Source of the DNA: Octopus sinensis | Lineage: Eukaryota | Length of the DNA: 64,000 nt | Assembly (NCBI RefSeq): GCF_006345805.1 | Contig: NC_042998.1 | Span: 32,116,001 to 32,180,000, forward strand | Reading direction: 5' to 3' | In this document: positions 38,888 to 52,231 of the stretch, piece after piece | How positions within the stretch are numbered: position 1 is the stretch's first letter | How the letters are laid out: every line of letters starts with the position of its first letter | The notes under the pieces: model-generated | Told to the model about the DNA's origin: nothing | Seen by the model: only the letters and a program-made list of their open reading frames with translations | Databases searched by the model: none | Program-made: the position numbers and the translations under genes

Positions 38888-41640
38888 GTTTGAGTGTGTG
38901 TATATATATACATGTATATATCAATGCCATGACATAAATAGATATTAAACTATAGAGTTTATCTAACAATATAACTTTTGAGCATTCCAGTTCATGTCTG
39001 TGATAAGCAGATGCATGAATTTACACATCAAAACAGAATAGTTGTAAATATGCACATTTTCATCTATTCTATGAAGTGGAACCAATTTTGATAATGATAT
39101 TTCTCACGATGGTCATATAAAACATACTTGTAGGTACTTGTCAGGCAGACGATCAAAGGCAGTTTTAAAACAAGTAGAAATGTAAAAGTTCACTATTTAT
39201 TTTAAAAAATACAACTGTAGTTTACACAGCGAAAAATGTCAGACATGACAAACTATATTGCCTGTTCTTTGAAAAAGGAAACCAAAAACTACGATAATGT
39301 CGATGATTATGTAATATCTACGTGATGTAACTTATTTAAGTTCTCGTTACTTTCGTCAACGCATTGTATTTACCACAAACAATATGGCTGATGACACTGT
39401 CGTACACGACAGTAACAACGACAGCGAGGAAGATAACGATGATATTGATGCCGTATTCATAAAGTGAAGCTATAGTGCTGCCTGTCATTCAGTTTAATTT
39501 GTAACATAATATAGAAAAAGGAATTCTTTTAGCTTTACATAATGGGTGGTCAGAGTTGGAGAGTTTCTAAGAAATGTTTCCGGTTTTAAAAGTAGGTTTC
39601 GGTTTTAAAAACAAGCAGAGCTTTCCACATTTTCTATTTTAATTCTTTCCATAAGCACGAACATTCGAAGTGAATGAAGCTGATAATCTTCCTGTTGGTT
39701 TGTATCTAGTAATAGGAATATATATATACAGAAATGATGGAAATTTATCATTATAATGAAGAAGTCTAAAGATGATAAAGATCAGCAACGCCAACACATT
39801 ATTTTGAAGATGAGAAATAGTAAGGAATAACAAATGGTAATTATTTTTATTTCTTCGAAGAATTACCAAATTGCCATAGATACTGCAAGTGAAATAAGCA
39901 GTTAGCAATATGCTGCCTGCAAGACTAAAATTATCTGCTGAAATAGATAAAATATAGTTTGTCAATCATTTATACTTATATAAATCATTCTGAAGACATT
40001 AGGAGTGTCGTCATACGTCGTATTTACAAAATACTAAATTCATCGATAAACGGAATGAACAATTCCGAATTGTCACAGTTCGTTCATGATTAAGCAGATA
40101 TAACAGAAGTAACTTCAAAATGACTGTTCTGTTTTCATTTTCATCTACCAGGCATTTAATACTATATTCTCCAAAGTAATCTTCGATATTCTGAAGACAA
40201 AAGAATATGATTCAAGGGGAGTTTCATTATTATTTCAAGAGGTTGACCTTTTTGTACGTCAGTCAGTTGTTTGTGGCCCTTACACAAAATAACATAACTC
40301 TGTTATGTTTTACCTCAGAAATTCTAAACATAATTAAAATTATTCGTATTACTGATCGCATTTTATGAACAATTTTTCTTTTAGTTTCAAATAATACTCA
40401 TAGTAAGAGTAAGAATAGTTATATATATATATATATATAACGGCTTGTATCTAAATATACTTTTCAGAAGAGCCCTCCTCTGATTTTGCTATACAGTAAA
40501 AGAACAATGTTCCTCTCTTTTTCCCCTCTTAGTGATACAAAAATAATAATACTTTACAGGTTTTATGGTAATTCAATGCCTGATTAGATTTTAAAATATC
40601 AGTTTTGAAACAGAATAATGACAAACTTTTCTGGCATAATAAATATTTTTACCATGGTGATGAGCTGGCAGAAACGTTAGCACACCGGGCGAAACGCTTA
40701 GCGGCATTTCGTCTCTCTTTACGTTCTGACGGTAGTAGAACAAATCGACGCCAGGGCTTATTCTCTATAAGATTAGTAGTTATTCTATAGAATCCTTTTG
40801 CCGAACCGCTAAGTTTCGGGGAGGTAAACACACCAACATCTGTTAGCTAGATAGATCGATAGAGAGAGAGAGACAGAGAGAAGACACACACACGCACACA
40901 GATAGACACACAGACAGACTTATATATACAATGGGTTTCTCTCAGTCTCCGTCTACAAAACTCATTTAAAAGGGGTTACTCGGCCCAAGGCTATAATAGG
41001 AAACATTTAGCCAAGGTGTCACGCAGTAGGATTGAACCTGAACCTTGTGGTTGAGAAGCAAATTTCTTACCACGCAGCCACTTCAAATAGATTGGAAAAA
41101 ATATATTTAATTTCCGGGAGACGAGTAGCAACTTCAGATTCGAATGTCATTAGAAATTATTTTTCATCTTTTTCAGGTCTCTCCGAAATTCATCATCCAT
41201 CATCTATAGAGATACAGAGCAAGCGTACAGAAAATGTAAATTTAGACAAATATTTTATCATAATATATTATAATTGAGAAAGGGTTTTTCGTCTTGGTCT
41301 AGGTGAGGAAACTATCTTTCTCATCACGTTCTGGACGTCTTGTTCAATTATGCAGTACAGCCGTACATGCGCTACACTATGAACACACACTCATAAACCT
41401 CTAGACACTTGTATACTGCCACACATTCTCACGCCTGTAGACATTAGCTGTAAGAACTGCAAGGAGATACTGAGAGGGGAAGGGTGGTAGGGAAGTTTCT
41501 TTGTAGACACTCGTGTGTGTGTGTATTATACATACATACATATATATATATAAAGTAAAGATATATATATATATATATAATAAATATATATATAAGGTAA
41601 ATATATATATATATATAAGCTAAATATATATATATAAGTT

Positions 41641-41683
<43 letters not shown>

Positions 41684-42855
41684 TAAATAGGGCTAAGCAA
41701 CAATATATATGTGGAGCTATGTTATATATATATATAGGTACATATTACATTCACAATCATATATATACACGTATACATGTGTGTGTGTGTGTGCATACAT
41801 ATAAATATATTAATGTATATACACGTACGCACATAAATTACAATATTCGTATGTATGTACATATGCATGTATGAAAGTATGTTTCCATTCATTAAACGTA
41901 CGTAAGCTGACAAAATTATGAGATACGAACCGAGAAAATAATTGTGGAAGCCAGAAAAAAACATCTACAAAGAGAGAAATATCGATTTAAAGAGTACTTT
42001 CAATTTGGCATAGGATGGGTAAAGTTGTTTGAATGGACCGTATGTAAGAGGTCGATTAAGAAACATGAAAATCGTAATTGACAATGGCAGATTTTGAACA
42101 TGAAAGGAGAACAAAATTAACCCAGGTATTTCGAGATGTTTTGTGTGCTGTTTCCTTCAGTTTGACCTCCATGCTGAGAAAGAAGGGCCGAACAAATTCA
42201 AAATTATAGGAAAGCAATAGGGAATAAAAACACTATATCTAAATTTGTTCTCGGAAAAAATATTTTCCACAAACGTACATTTTTATACATGAGATATTTC
42301 AGTAGCAAACTCAAGTTTCCTTAAAAGTTGTGTTTTTCTCAAGAAAGAAACTGCGCCAAAGAAAACGCTCGACTTCTCTTTAAATACATCTGTATAAAAC
42401 TTTTGAGAACTCTGAATTTTATTGTTTTGTTTATTTCCAGGCAGAGAGAAAACTATCATGCGATTGCGTCTATTAATGCTTGTATTGATTGATTGCGAGT
42501 CTTCTCAGGTCCTATCTCTTCGGCTTCTTGCCTCACTACTTTATGAACACTGTTTACATCTATGGTCGTGGCATATTGATTTATCCATAAATAAATGCAA
42601 GAACGAGTAATTTTTCATTTTAAAGAAAACGACAAGTCTTTCGACAAAGATAGATTCTTGGCCTTTAAATTAATGCTTTTTCTTTTTATCTTTCTTTCTT
42701 TGGCAAGAGACATCGGCTCGAAATTTTCAAAATGTATCATTATTTTTAATCTCTTCATAAGTCTTCAACTCATTATTATCTTCCTTACACGCTGATGAAG
42801 GCATATAATCATAATATCTCTTAGGTTTGTAACATTTTCATGTTAGTATCGTTGT

Positions 42856-42938
42856 CTCAGAATCTCGTATTCTACCGTCCCCAATATAGATACCATCGTA
42901 TCCAGATTTAGTAGAAAAATATAAAATTAGCAAGAGGA

Positions 42939-42984
<46 letters not shown>

Positions 42985-43712
42985 GCATTGTCAAACTGGT
43001 TTAAACCCATATAATGACGGTAATTATAATGGAGATGTAGGAATTAGGAACAGAACTATCAATATCTACCATGTATAATATAAACTGTGACTCCGATGTT
43101 CATACCACCGCAGGGATTACTGACGCGGTTCCTGATGATGCTGAGATGAATTTAAAAGGTACTATAGTTGAAAGAAATATAAATAATAACAGTAATAATA
43201 ATTCCGATAGTAATTATAGTAGTAGTAATAATAATATCGATAATAATAACAATGATAGGAATATAAATAATATTAATAGTAGTAATGCTCCCGGTTGCAA
43301 TTGTAGATTAAATCCCATTGCCCATTATTAGCTCGATGTTTAATCCGAAACGTAGTTTATAGATGTACAATTTTGACTGAGGCTGGTACCTTGGATGTTC
43401 GATAAATGTGAAAACATGTATTAATAACCAATTTTCATAATTTAGACTTAGACATAAAGCTAATAGTACGTCTTTATCTAGTAAGATCTAGGAAGTCAAA
43501 GAAAGCGAGACTGAATTTAGCCTTAAATGAGATATAATACGTAAGGCGCAGCCTTATAGAGATATAGTCGATATGGTTGTGAGCTTTGCTCTGTGGAAAT
43601 TTATGACATTTTTAGTTACAGAGATAAGAACAACCTGATTAATAATAGATTGGACCTAAGGTTATCATGCATGCATAACGTCACCCGTACATTCAAGTAT
43701 TTTCGAAACTAA
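42856..43712 (+). mobile_element. Degenerate Penelope-like element 3' part (Cys-rich linker plus GIY-YIG region, Naiad-like)
   Basis: Frames read RISYSTVPNIDTIVS, then CNCRLNP(N)CPLLARCLIRNVVYRC, then STSLSSKI*EVKE..DIIRKAQPY..CELC..NLINNRLDL..CMH, matching the PLE linker/GIY-YIG pattern. (AAT)n-rich expansions sit inside the linker. Confidence 0.7.
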
Positions 43713-44541
43713 TAATATTACAATTATCATACTTGAACTTTGATGATGGGAATAAATTTTTATGTCCTATCCGTTATAACTTATCCTCTAGTATAGAATA
43801 TAAAATTATAGGATAATATGTTATGTGGTAGATTGCATTACATTACATATGTTATATGCTATGTGTTGTGTTATATGGTGTACTATATGTATTATTATTT
43901 CATGTTAACCCGTGCCTAGTTAGTCTGACTTCATCCTATTTTGGCCATTACACCATTTTTTTCTTTTCAATGAATTCCTACCCTAATAGTCATATTATGT
44001 ATATTTGTAGTGATTTTATGAAAGCAAGTCTCCTTTGACTAAATATTATACCCCCTAGTAACTATACAATCATACATACAATAACATCTGTAGTATTACA
44101 AATAAGAAAACCTCTTCGGTTTGAACACTTTTAACTGCTCTCACTACTTCCATACTTATCCGCTTCTTTTAGGTTACCCTTATCTTTTCCCTGCCTCTAA
44201 TTTTAATCCCCTGTCTCTTTATATGTATTTCATATATATTTCTTATTATTTTATATAAATTCTTATTATTTTGTTTTCATATTTTGGCATGCTTACCTTA
44301 TTAATCTCTTATCCTTTATAAATTGTTATTTTTCTTGTTCTTAATTGATATTTTTCAGTTTCTTATGTTTATGCAAAATATTTATACTATATTCTTTCAT
44401 ATAAGCGTATATATATTTATGTATATGTATATATAAATAGTTAATCCAAACATGAAAATATAAAGAGAAAATACAACAATGCGAGGACGTGGAACAAGTA
44501 TAGTATTATTGGACGCCCAGGAAAGGAAAGAAAGAAGGAGG

Positions 44542-44578
44542 ATTTAACGTTTCGAGCGGAGCTTTTCGTCAGAGACAT
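44542..44578 (-). ncRNA. Minimal type I hammerhead-ribozyme-like motif (family A)
   Basis: The minus strand reads CTGACGA-A-AAGC-TCC-GCTC-GAAAC-GT-T. Sister copies (38690-38725, 46166-46200) keep the perfect GAGC/GCTC stem II but have CCGACGA. No single copy is fully canonical. Confidence 0.5.
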
Positions 44579-45902
44579 AGGAAAAAGGAAAGATCCAAAG
44601 AAGAGAAGACGGAGGAAAAAAAATACATATATGCACATATATGTGTGAATGTGTGAGTGTATACATATAATAAAACCCTCTTTGTATATGTATCTGTAGG
44701 AATTATTTTTACACTCTTATACCTACTAAAATATCAGTACATATTTTCGAGTATATTTATATTTAATATTTATGTCTATGTATTATCATTATCTTATTAT
44801 TCTGCTTCTGATTCATTACTCCAAATCAATAGATAGCATGTATATCTTTCCAGATATTCCATATGTAAGTGGCTTGAGCAGTCTTTATAGAAACCACTTA
44901 ATTAATTAAGTAAAGAAGTACTAAACTGATTCTACATAATGGTAATCTTCCTTTAATGTTTACAATTGATACATACGCCTTTTAGCTGTTTTTGTTGTGA
45001 TATCTTTTTCCTGAATTCTTAAATGTTATTTTATTTTTATACAACATAATAATATCGCTTATAAATGGCCCCTAATAATATTTCCCCTGTATCAGCATCT
45101 TAAGTTTCATAGTGTTTTACCCCTTTAACTGGTAATTCACATCATGAATTGAACTATGCCCCTACCTTGCTTCTTTCTATAGACAATTACTTCTATATAA
45201 TTGACCCTTTCTAAAGTTTTGTTTCTTTTCCTTCGTGGGGAGAGGGATACCTATGGCAATATTTATGATCACTAGCCATGAGCTGTCAACTCATTTTTAT
45301 TCTTTATTCTAGATATATACAGTCTTCAAGTCTCAGATTTTAGCAGATGATAAAGAGATATATAAATTGGAAATGAATTATAATGCTATGATTCCACTTC
45401 GCTCCACGCTATTATAAGAAATTGTAGTCTGTATTATTCTTAGCCACTCTTGATACAATAGCGACAACATGAATTTCTTTAATCTTCTTGCTCTGTAAAA
45501 AATTTTACGAAAAATTATATTAATGTGGCCTACATGTTGAAATTCCATATGAAATTTTTTTGAGCAGCTGAAGATAGCGCTGTATTTAAATTGATGGAAT
45601 GATTGCATTGTTCAATTAAATGGAGCCTCGTTGCTTATTTTCATTATATATATATATAATGGCGGTGCCCCAGCATGGCCACAGCTCGTGAGCTGAAACT
45701 AGATGAAATAAATGAAATAAAAAATATATATATCAGGAGTATAAAATATATGTATAATACATACATACATACACATACATATATACATACATACAAATAT
45801 ACGTATATACATAGAGAGTGGGGGAAAGATACATAGGCAGGCAGTCAGATATATACATATCTATCTATATATATATCTATATATACATATACATATACAT
45901 AT

Positions 45903-45969
<67 letters not shown>

Positions 45970-46001
45970 TATCTATATCTATCTATCTATCTATCTATCT
46001 A

Positions 46002-46060
<59 letters not shown>

Positions 46061-46282
46061 ATATATGTATATAAAGTTAATCCAAACAAGAAAACACAAA
46101 AAAACACAAGAACGCGAGGATGTGGAACAAATATAGTATTATTGGACGCTCAGGAAAGAAGGAGGGTTTAACGTTTCGAGCGGAGCTCTTCGTCGGAAAC
46201 ATACGAGAAGGAAAGATCCAGAGAAGGGAAGACAGAGGAAAAAAATCGTCAACGGTACACACGAGGTCACATTTTGAAAGGT

Positions 46283-46341
<59 letters not shown>

Positions 46342-46428
46342 GAGAGAGAGAGAGAAGATGGATAGATAGATATAGTTAGACAGACAGAGAGACAGAGAGA
46401 CAGACAGACATATAGATAGATAGATAAG

Positions 46429-46996
46429 TTTCTTTATTGGCCACACAGGGCTGCACACAGATGGGACAAGTTACAAGGTAGAGCTTTTCTTTTGGGGGAT
46501 GAAAAAAACAAAAACAAAAGAAACAAAAAAAGGTGGCGTAGGTTTTCGATCAAAAGGGATCGTAAAAGGGAAAAAGAAGAACAAAAAAAATTTTTAAAAA
46601 GTAGAAAAGGAAAAGGAACAAAAGAAAAGAGAAATGAAAAAAGAAGAAATAAGGGGGGAAAAAGGGGAAGAGGAAAAATAAACGATCAATAGGGATCGTG
46701 TATCACAGTGTTATGATATATGGTGTAAAGGGGAAAGCAAGTAAGGTTTATCCGTGGGAAGAAAAGCCTACGAAAAAGACCACGGTAACCTTGGTCAATA
46801 TTGTTATATGTTACCACATTTGTTTGCAAGTGGGTAACCCTCTGTTTTCAATTTCTGGGTTCATAGGATTATGCTCAAGGTGGCTTCGTCATTCATACGT
46901 GCCATCCTTGCTACATTCACCCATCTTTTTTTAAAACATTCGCTAGACAAAACTTGCCTTTCTACTCTCACTTTCCTTTTCAAGTGGTACTTGAAG

Positions 46997-46997
<1 letters not shown>
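46429..46997 (-). mobile_element. Short 3' fragment of a related Tx1/L1 LINE embedded in (GATA)n
   Basis: The minus strand reads FFKYHLKRKVRVERQVLSSECFKKRWVNVAR*, homologous to 58850-58950. The 3' UTR ends GCAGCCCTGTGTGGCCAATAAAGAAA. (TAGA)n lies on both sides. Confidence 0.85.
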
Positions 46998-47060
<63 letters not shown>

Positions 47061-48414
47061 CAATTGAACTATAAATTCAAACTATACCAGACCATACTGG
47101 AGGTGAAATTTTCACAAATATGTAACAACTGCTAAAATAAAACTCAATGAGGAAGCCTTCACTAAATCAATCGACTTGGTAGAAATAGCAACGAAATCTA
47201 CCAAGTCTGATCGATCTTCATAACTCTGCAATACTGAATACAACTGCAAATGAGGCTAGTTGTTGAAATTAGACATGATTTAACAGTTCATCTAATGATA
47301 TCAGATATTTTGAATATGTATTCGTCATAGGCAGGAATTACGTTTATTCGGTTATTTTAATGAGAGGGGTGATAATTATCACTAATACTGAACATGCGGA
47401 CCGTCAGACTTTATTTATGATTAGAATATGATTGAGATCTACGTATCATTGGTGATAAAACGAATGAGTGATTTGGTAACCGATTGTATTATTGAATTGT
47501 AAGTACTTTAGTTCTTCATACATTCACTGATTTCCAAGTGTATTAACAATGAACGTATTCTATAGAATTTTAAAATGATTCAATGCAAATCAAATCGAAG
47601 TTTCAGGTAATACAAAGTCTATCGTAAGTATATTACCATATTTATGTTATGCAATTTACTTTATGCACAGTAAGTTAATATGCAATTTGCTTGTATGTAA
47701 ATGAGATATATCAAATAACCAAACATATTTCAATGTAGAGTAAACGGAAGAGGATAGGTTGAAGCATATTTAATCTGAATAATTTAATTTACTCTTATAA
47801 TATTAACGATTTGATACGATATGAGTTAAGCAGAACGGTATTTAAGAAACACCCAATGCTATATGCATTGTTATTGATGGTCAATTTCCATTGAATTTAT
47901 AAATTCAAACAACGAAAGCAAGTTATAACGAAGGGTTGGAGCTTATCTTATTATGTTGGTCATCTGGACTCTGTAGGTACCGCATTCCATGTGTTAGATT
48001 CAATACACAAATTTGGAAATCCCTTGCGACTGCTTCAGTTAATAAAGTCATGGAACGCTACCCGTTTATCTTCACTATACTGTTTCCATATCTAAACTTG
48101 ATACGTTTCAGCTCATGGTATTAGATCAAATCTAGTGCATGACCTGTTATTTTATGCCCAGGATAAGTAATATTTTGCAGAATTTCGTGTTAGAATATTC
48201 TGATTTTATTCCTCAAAGAGTTGTTTTCTTGCAATTCTATGTCGAAGCGCATATCTTACTACAGTTTCTACTTTGTTCTTCCGATTGACAGACAGGTGAT
48301 ACACAAATAGACAGCCAGACATACATACATACATACATGCATACATACATACATATATACATACATACATACATACATACATACACACAAATGCATACAC
48401 AAATACATACATAC

Positions 48415-48530
48415 AAAAATACCCTGTTGAGGTTGTTGAAATTCCGATGAAAAATCCTTGGATCACGGTTAGAAACCAGTTCTCTTTCTCTATTGGCAAG
48501 AAATCTTGAAATAAAAGTGAAAGAGAAATA
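48415..48530 (+). mobile_element. Isolated LINE 3' tail, same family as 30240-30345
   Basis: TTGAAATTCCGATGAAAAATCCTTGGATC..TTGGCAAGAAATCTTGAAATAAAA aligns with 30260-30340. Confidence 0.6.
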
Positions 48531-48658
48531 CATACATCATTCATTCAAGCATACAACAAACAAAGAGACAAAGATAAATAGACAAATAGATACTTGATGA
48601 TATTTAGATCAAGCTAATCTGGTATAGTATATAGTTAGTATCCTCTCGGGTTTCATTG

Positions 48659-48698
<40 letters not shown>

Positions 48699-49169
48699 TA
48701 TAACTCAATTCTGCAACGTGTCCTTCCTTTTGACGACACTACCGAGATTTGATTTCTATCACTAGTATTTGGACCCACCACATAAAACCTCCTTCGATGA
48801 TTCGATTAACTGCAAGTAGAAAACACATCATAACAAATCCAAACTCTCAAAAAATGCATCGACATCAGCCAGATCCAGAGATGAGTTATTGAAATGCCTT
48901 TTCAACCTGAGAAAATGTAAAGAAAAATTTTTTTTTTAATGATGAAGTAATAGGATGAAAAGATTTGGCATAAGGAGAATTAATAGTATTATCATCTACC
49001 AATATTATTGTTGCAAACTATTAATGTAGGTTGGACGCTGACAAAATTATAGTTTTTCTTTCATTTCTATTTACGTAATGTTTTTTTTTTCTTTAAGTAC
49101 GGTCTGTATTTAGTGAAACACAATTCACAGAATATTTTATTCAGCGAACATGAATCGATCATATGAACC

Positions 49170-49460
49170 CATCTCTCTCTCTCTCTCTCACTCTCTCTCT
49201 CTCCCACTCACTTTCTGTCACACCCTCTCTTTCTCTTTCTCTGTCAGTCTGTCTGCCTCTCTCTCTCAGTTTTTGTCACCCCTTTCTTTTCTTTCTCTGT
49301 CAGTCTGTCTGCCTCTCTCTCTCTCTCACTCACTTTCTGTCACCGCTTTCTTTCTCCTTCTTTGTCAGTCTGTCTGTCAGTCTGTCTCTCTCTCACTTTC
49401 AGTCGCCCATTTCTTTCTCTTTCTCTGTCAGTCTGTCTGCTTCTCTCTCTCTCTCTCTTC
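49170..49460. repeat. Pyrimidine-rich (TC)n/(TCTG)n compound repeat
   Basis: Recurring TTTCTCTTTCTCTGTCAGTCTGTCTG units. Confidence 0.9.
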
Positions 49461-49569
49461 ATCTTTCTCCCATATACATTTATATTGAATATGAGTGAGA
49501 TTCTGGCACATAAGCAAATAGACTTGAATTGTTTCAATTATAATATCATCTCTTACCTACTTCAGTCAT

Positions 49570-50036
49570 TAGACTGCGCCTATGCTGGGGCACCACCTTG
49601 AAAGAATTTCAGCCGAACGAATCGACCTTAGTACTTTTTTAAAGCCTAGAACTTGTTCTGTCGAATCCTTTTTCCGACCTCTAGTTTACGGGGACGTAAC
49701 CATATCAATATCGGTTGTCAGGCAGTATGGTGGGGGACAAGCAGAGAGACAAAGACAGACACACACACAAGTGTACACACACATATATATATCTTATTTC
49801 TTTATATGCCTCGGCCCAAAGGATGTGGCCATGCTAGAACACTGCCGTTCAATGACCATTTTTCTGCAATTGGCTTTCGGTGAAGGAGGAAGTTCGACAC
49901 ACCTGCCCTCTTGTCCATCAACCAAATCCACTTTGGCTGGCCCGAGACTATAGTAGAAGACTTTTGGTGATGGTGCTACGCAGTGGGACTGAACCAGGAA
50001 TCACGGGTTTGGGAAGCAAACGTCTTTCGACACACG
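49570..50036 (-). mobile_element. Degenerate copy of the 4303-4700 SINE family
   Basis: Reverse-complement matches to head (GCAGTGGGACTGAACC), core (GACTATAGTAGAAGAC) and tail (GACCTTAGTACTT, GCTGGGGCACCACCTT). Confidence 0.7.
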
Positions 50037-50396
50037 CCCAAACATGTGATAAATTTCATAATTATTATTAGACTTGTAATATAATTTTTTCCAAATGTTG
50101 AAGTGTTTTGTTTAAATTTATTTCCACATTTCATTCTTCAATTGAATTTTCTCCACCCTTTCGGTTGCTCTTAAGATTGGTGCGCAAACGATTTTTTTTC
50201 ACCATTAAAACCAAATTTAGAGATTGATTTTACTCTGCACCACAAATTTAGAGATTGATTTTACTCTGCGTTTTCATGATTCAAGCATTAACGATATTAA
50301 CACTAACTTAACTATTGTATTTTTATGCAGATGGCTTCTCTAAATCATTTAACATTCAAACAATTCAATCTTCTAGTTCTGAAAGATGATCAATCT

Positions 50397-50430
<34 letters not shown>

Positions 50431-50853
50431 ATATATATAATATATATATATATATAATATATATATATACCATGATAAACTTGGAGGGAAAATGCGAATT
50501 TCTCTCGTCCATATAAGTTTGGATATGCTGACTACCTTGTGTTATGTTCCGATGGCGCTTGGTCGGAAATTCAAAGGATACGTTTTCCTAGCATTTTCAA
50601 ATTTATAATTCTCGAAATATTATGTTGACAAAGGAAATGAATTTTTATAATTCTAATCCAGAAACCCGTCCATAATTAATCGAAGATTTTATTTCGTTAT
50701 TCTCCTTCTTTTTACCTATGTGAGTTACAGATATTGTTATCTGTGGAGTCATATTTTGTAGTGAAAAGATAACGGTCTTTTGGCTGCTATTTCTAAAGTT
50801 TTGGTATGTGGTGAAGCAGTCTGTTGCTAAACCCTTAATTATTGTTATAACTA

Positions 50854-50903
<50 letters not shown>

Positions 50904-51642
50904 CTTAGTGATACTTTCGACAATACATCAGCAAAGTTGGCGAAGTTATTTTTTGTTGATGAGACCAGAGTAAAACTGAAATCTGCGAGGAGATGTCTCA
51001 ACTGCTTGCCACTTGAAAATAAAAATGATATCAATCATTAACTACCTCTCCGTCATTAAAAAATATCTCTTCAAGAATGGATTGAATATAACAATACGCA
51101 GCATAAAAAGGTTTCCCCTAGGAGTCCAATATTTCAACATTTCGTTATCTCAAAAACCAAATTATCAAATAGAATATATTAATTACTGACATAAAACAAT
51201 TTCTTGAAATCTACAAAGAAAATAACGTGATTTTTTTTCTTAAATTCTTGGCGTCATGATTATCAGAATTCCCTGTGCTCCAGTAGAACATCATTAGTTC
51301 CTGATGACGTCAAATGGGAAGTTTAGGTAAGATAGCTTGTATTGATCACTGCAGTTAATGCCATAATGGTATGGTTGTACTTCAATAGCATGTGTATAAA
51401 TCCACTATTTTTTTCAAATTAAGTGTAATTCCATGACAATTAGTAAGTAAGCATTAACATGGTCACACAATTTGCTAGAAATAAATGCCAAAATTATCCC
51501 TCAAATCACGTTCTGCAGTTTTGAAAATGAGTTCATTGCACACTATTGTCCCTAATAAGACGATATGTTCCTGGCTAGCATGCGTTTCATTACAGATCTC
51601 TTTGATCTCTTTGGTCAATGCTAACCTACAACTAACTAAATA

Positions 51643-51995
51643 TATCTTTCACATAGGGTAGACAGACTGTGGTCAGTTTATGGGTTCCATCCTCTCTTTT
51701 CTTCACAATTGGAGTGGATAGTATGTTTTGGGGGTAGTTGTTGCTTAATAGATTGTTATTGAGCTTGATCATTTATTCGAGGATAGCTGATCATGTATGA
51801 AAAACGGAGACCACCTCCCCCTGTGGAATGAAGTTAAAATAATAGACAGAGAACACCACTGGAAAATACGAGAACTAAAAGAAGCAGCATATATGCTAGG
51901 ACAGAACAACTTCCTAAGCAGACCTAGTGCAGATATGAATAGAATATGGGAACCGGTATTAAGGAAGGATAGGAAAATATTAGATTTATAAGCAA
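51643..51995. mobile_element. Penelope-like fragment with internal inversion
   Basis: 51643-51765 on the minus strand reads NNYPQNIL..TTVCLPYVK (RT-EN linker). 51775-51991 on the plus strand reads IADHV*KNGDHLPLWNEVKIIDREHHWKIRELKEAAY..IWEPVL (GIY-YIG C-terminus). Confidence 0.78.
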
Positions 51996-52005
51996 TATAT
52001 ATATG

Positions 52006-52041
<36 letters not shown>

Positions 52042-52044
52042 TAT

Positions 52045-52193
52045 ATTCCGCCGAGGTCGACTTTGCCTTTCATCCTTTCGGGGTCGATAAATTATGTACC
52101 AGTTACGCACTGGGGTCGATGTAATAGACTTAAATTCGTTTGTCTGTCCATGCTTGTCCCCCTCTATGTTTAGCCCCTTGTGGGTAATAAAGA

Positions 52194-52195
<2 letters not shown>
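52045..52195 (+). mobile_element. 5'-truncated Nin-domain SINE, same subfamily
   Basis: ATTCCGCCGAGGTCGACTTTGCC..TAGCCCCTTGTGGGTAATAAAGAAA lies between (TA)n tracts. Confidence 0.85.

Positions 52196-52231
<36 letters not shown>

Noticed and set aside
50212-50269. 27-bp direct repeat (period 31) in a probable mariner remnant
   Set aside because: Ordinary local slippage with no further structure.
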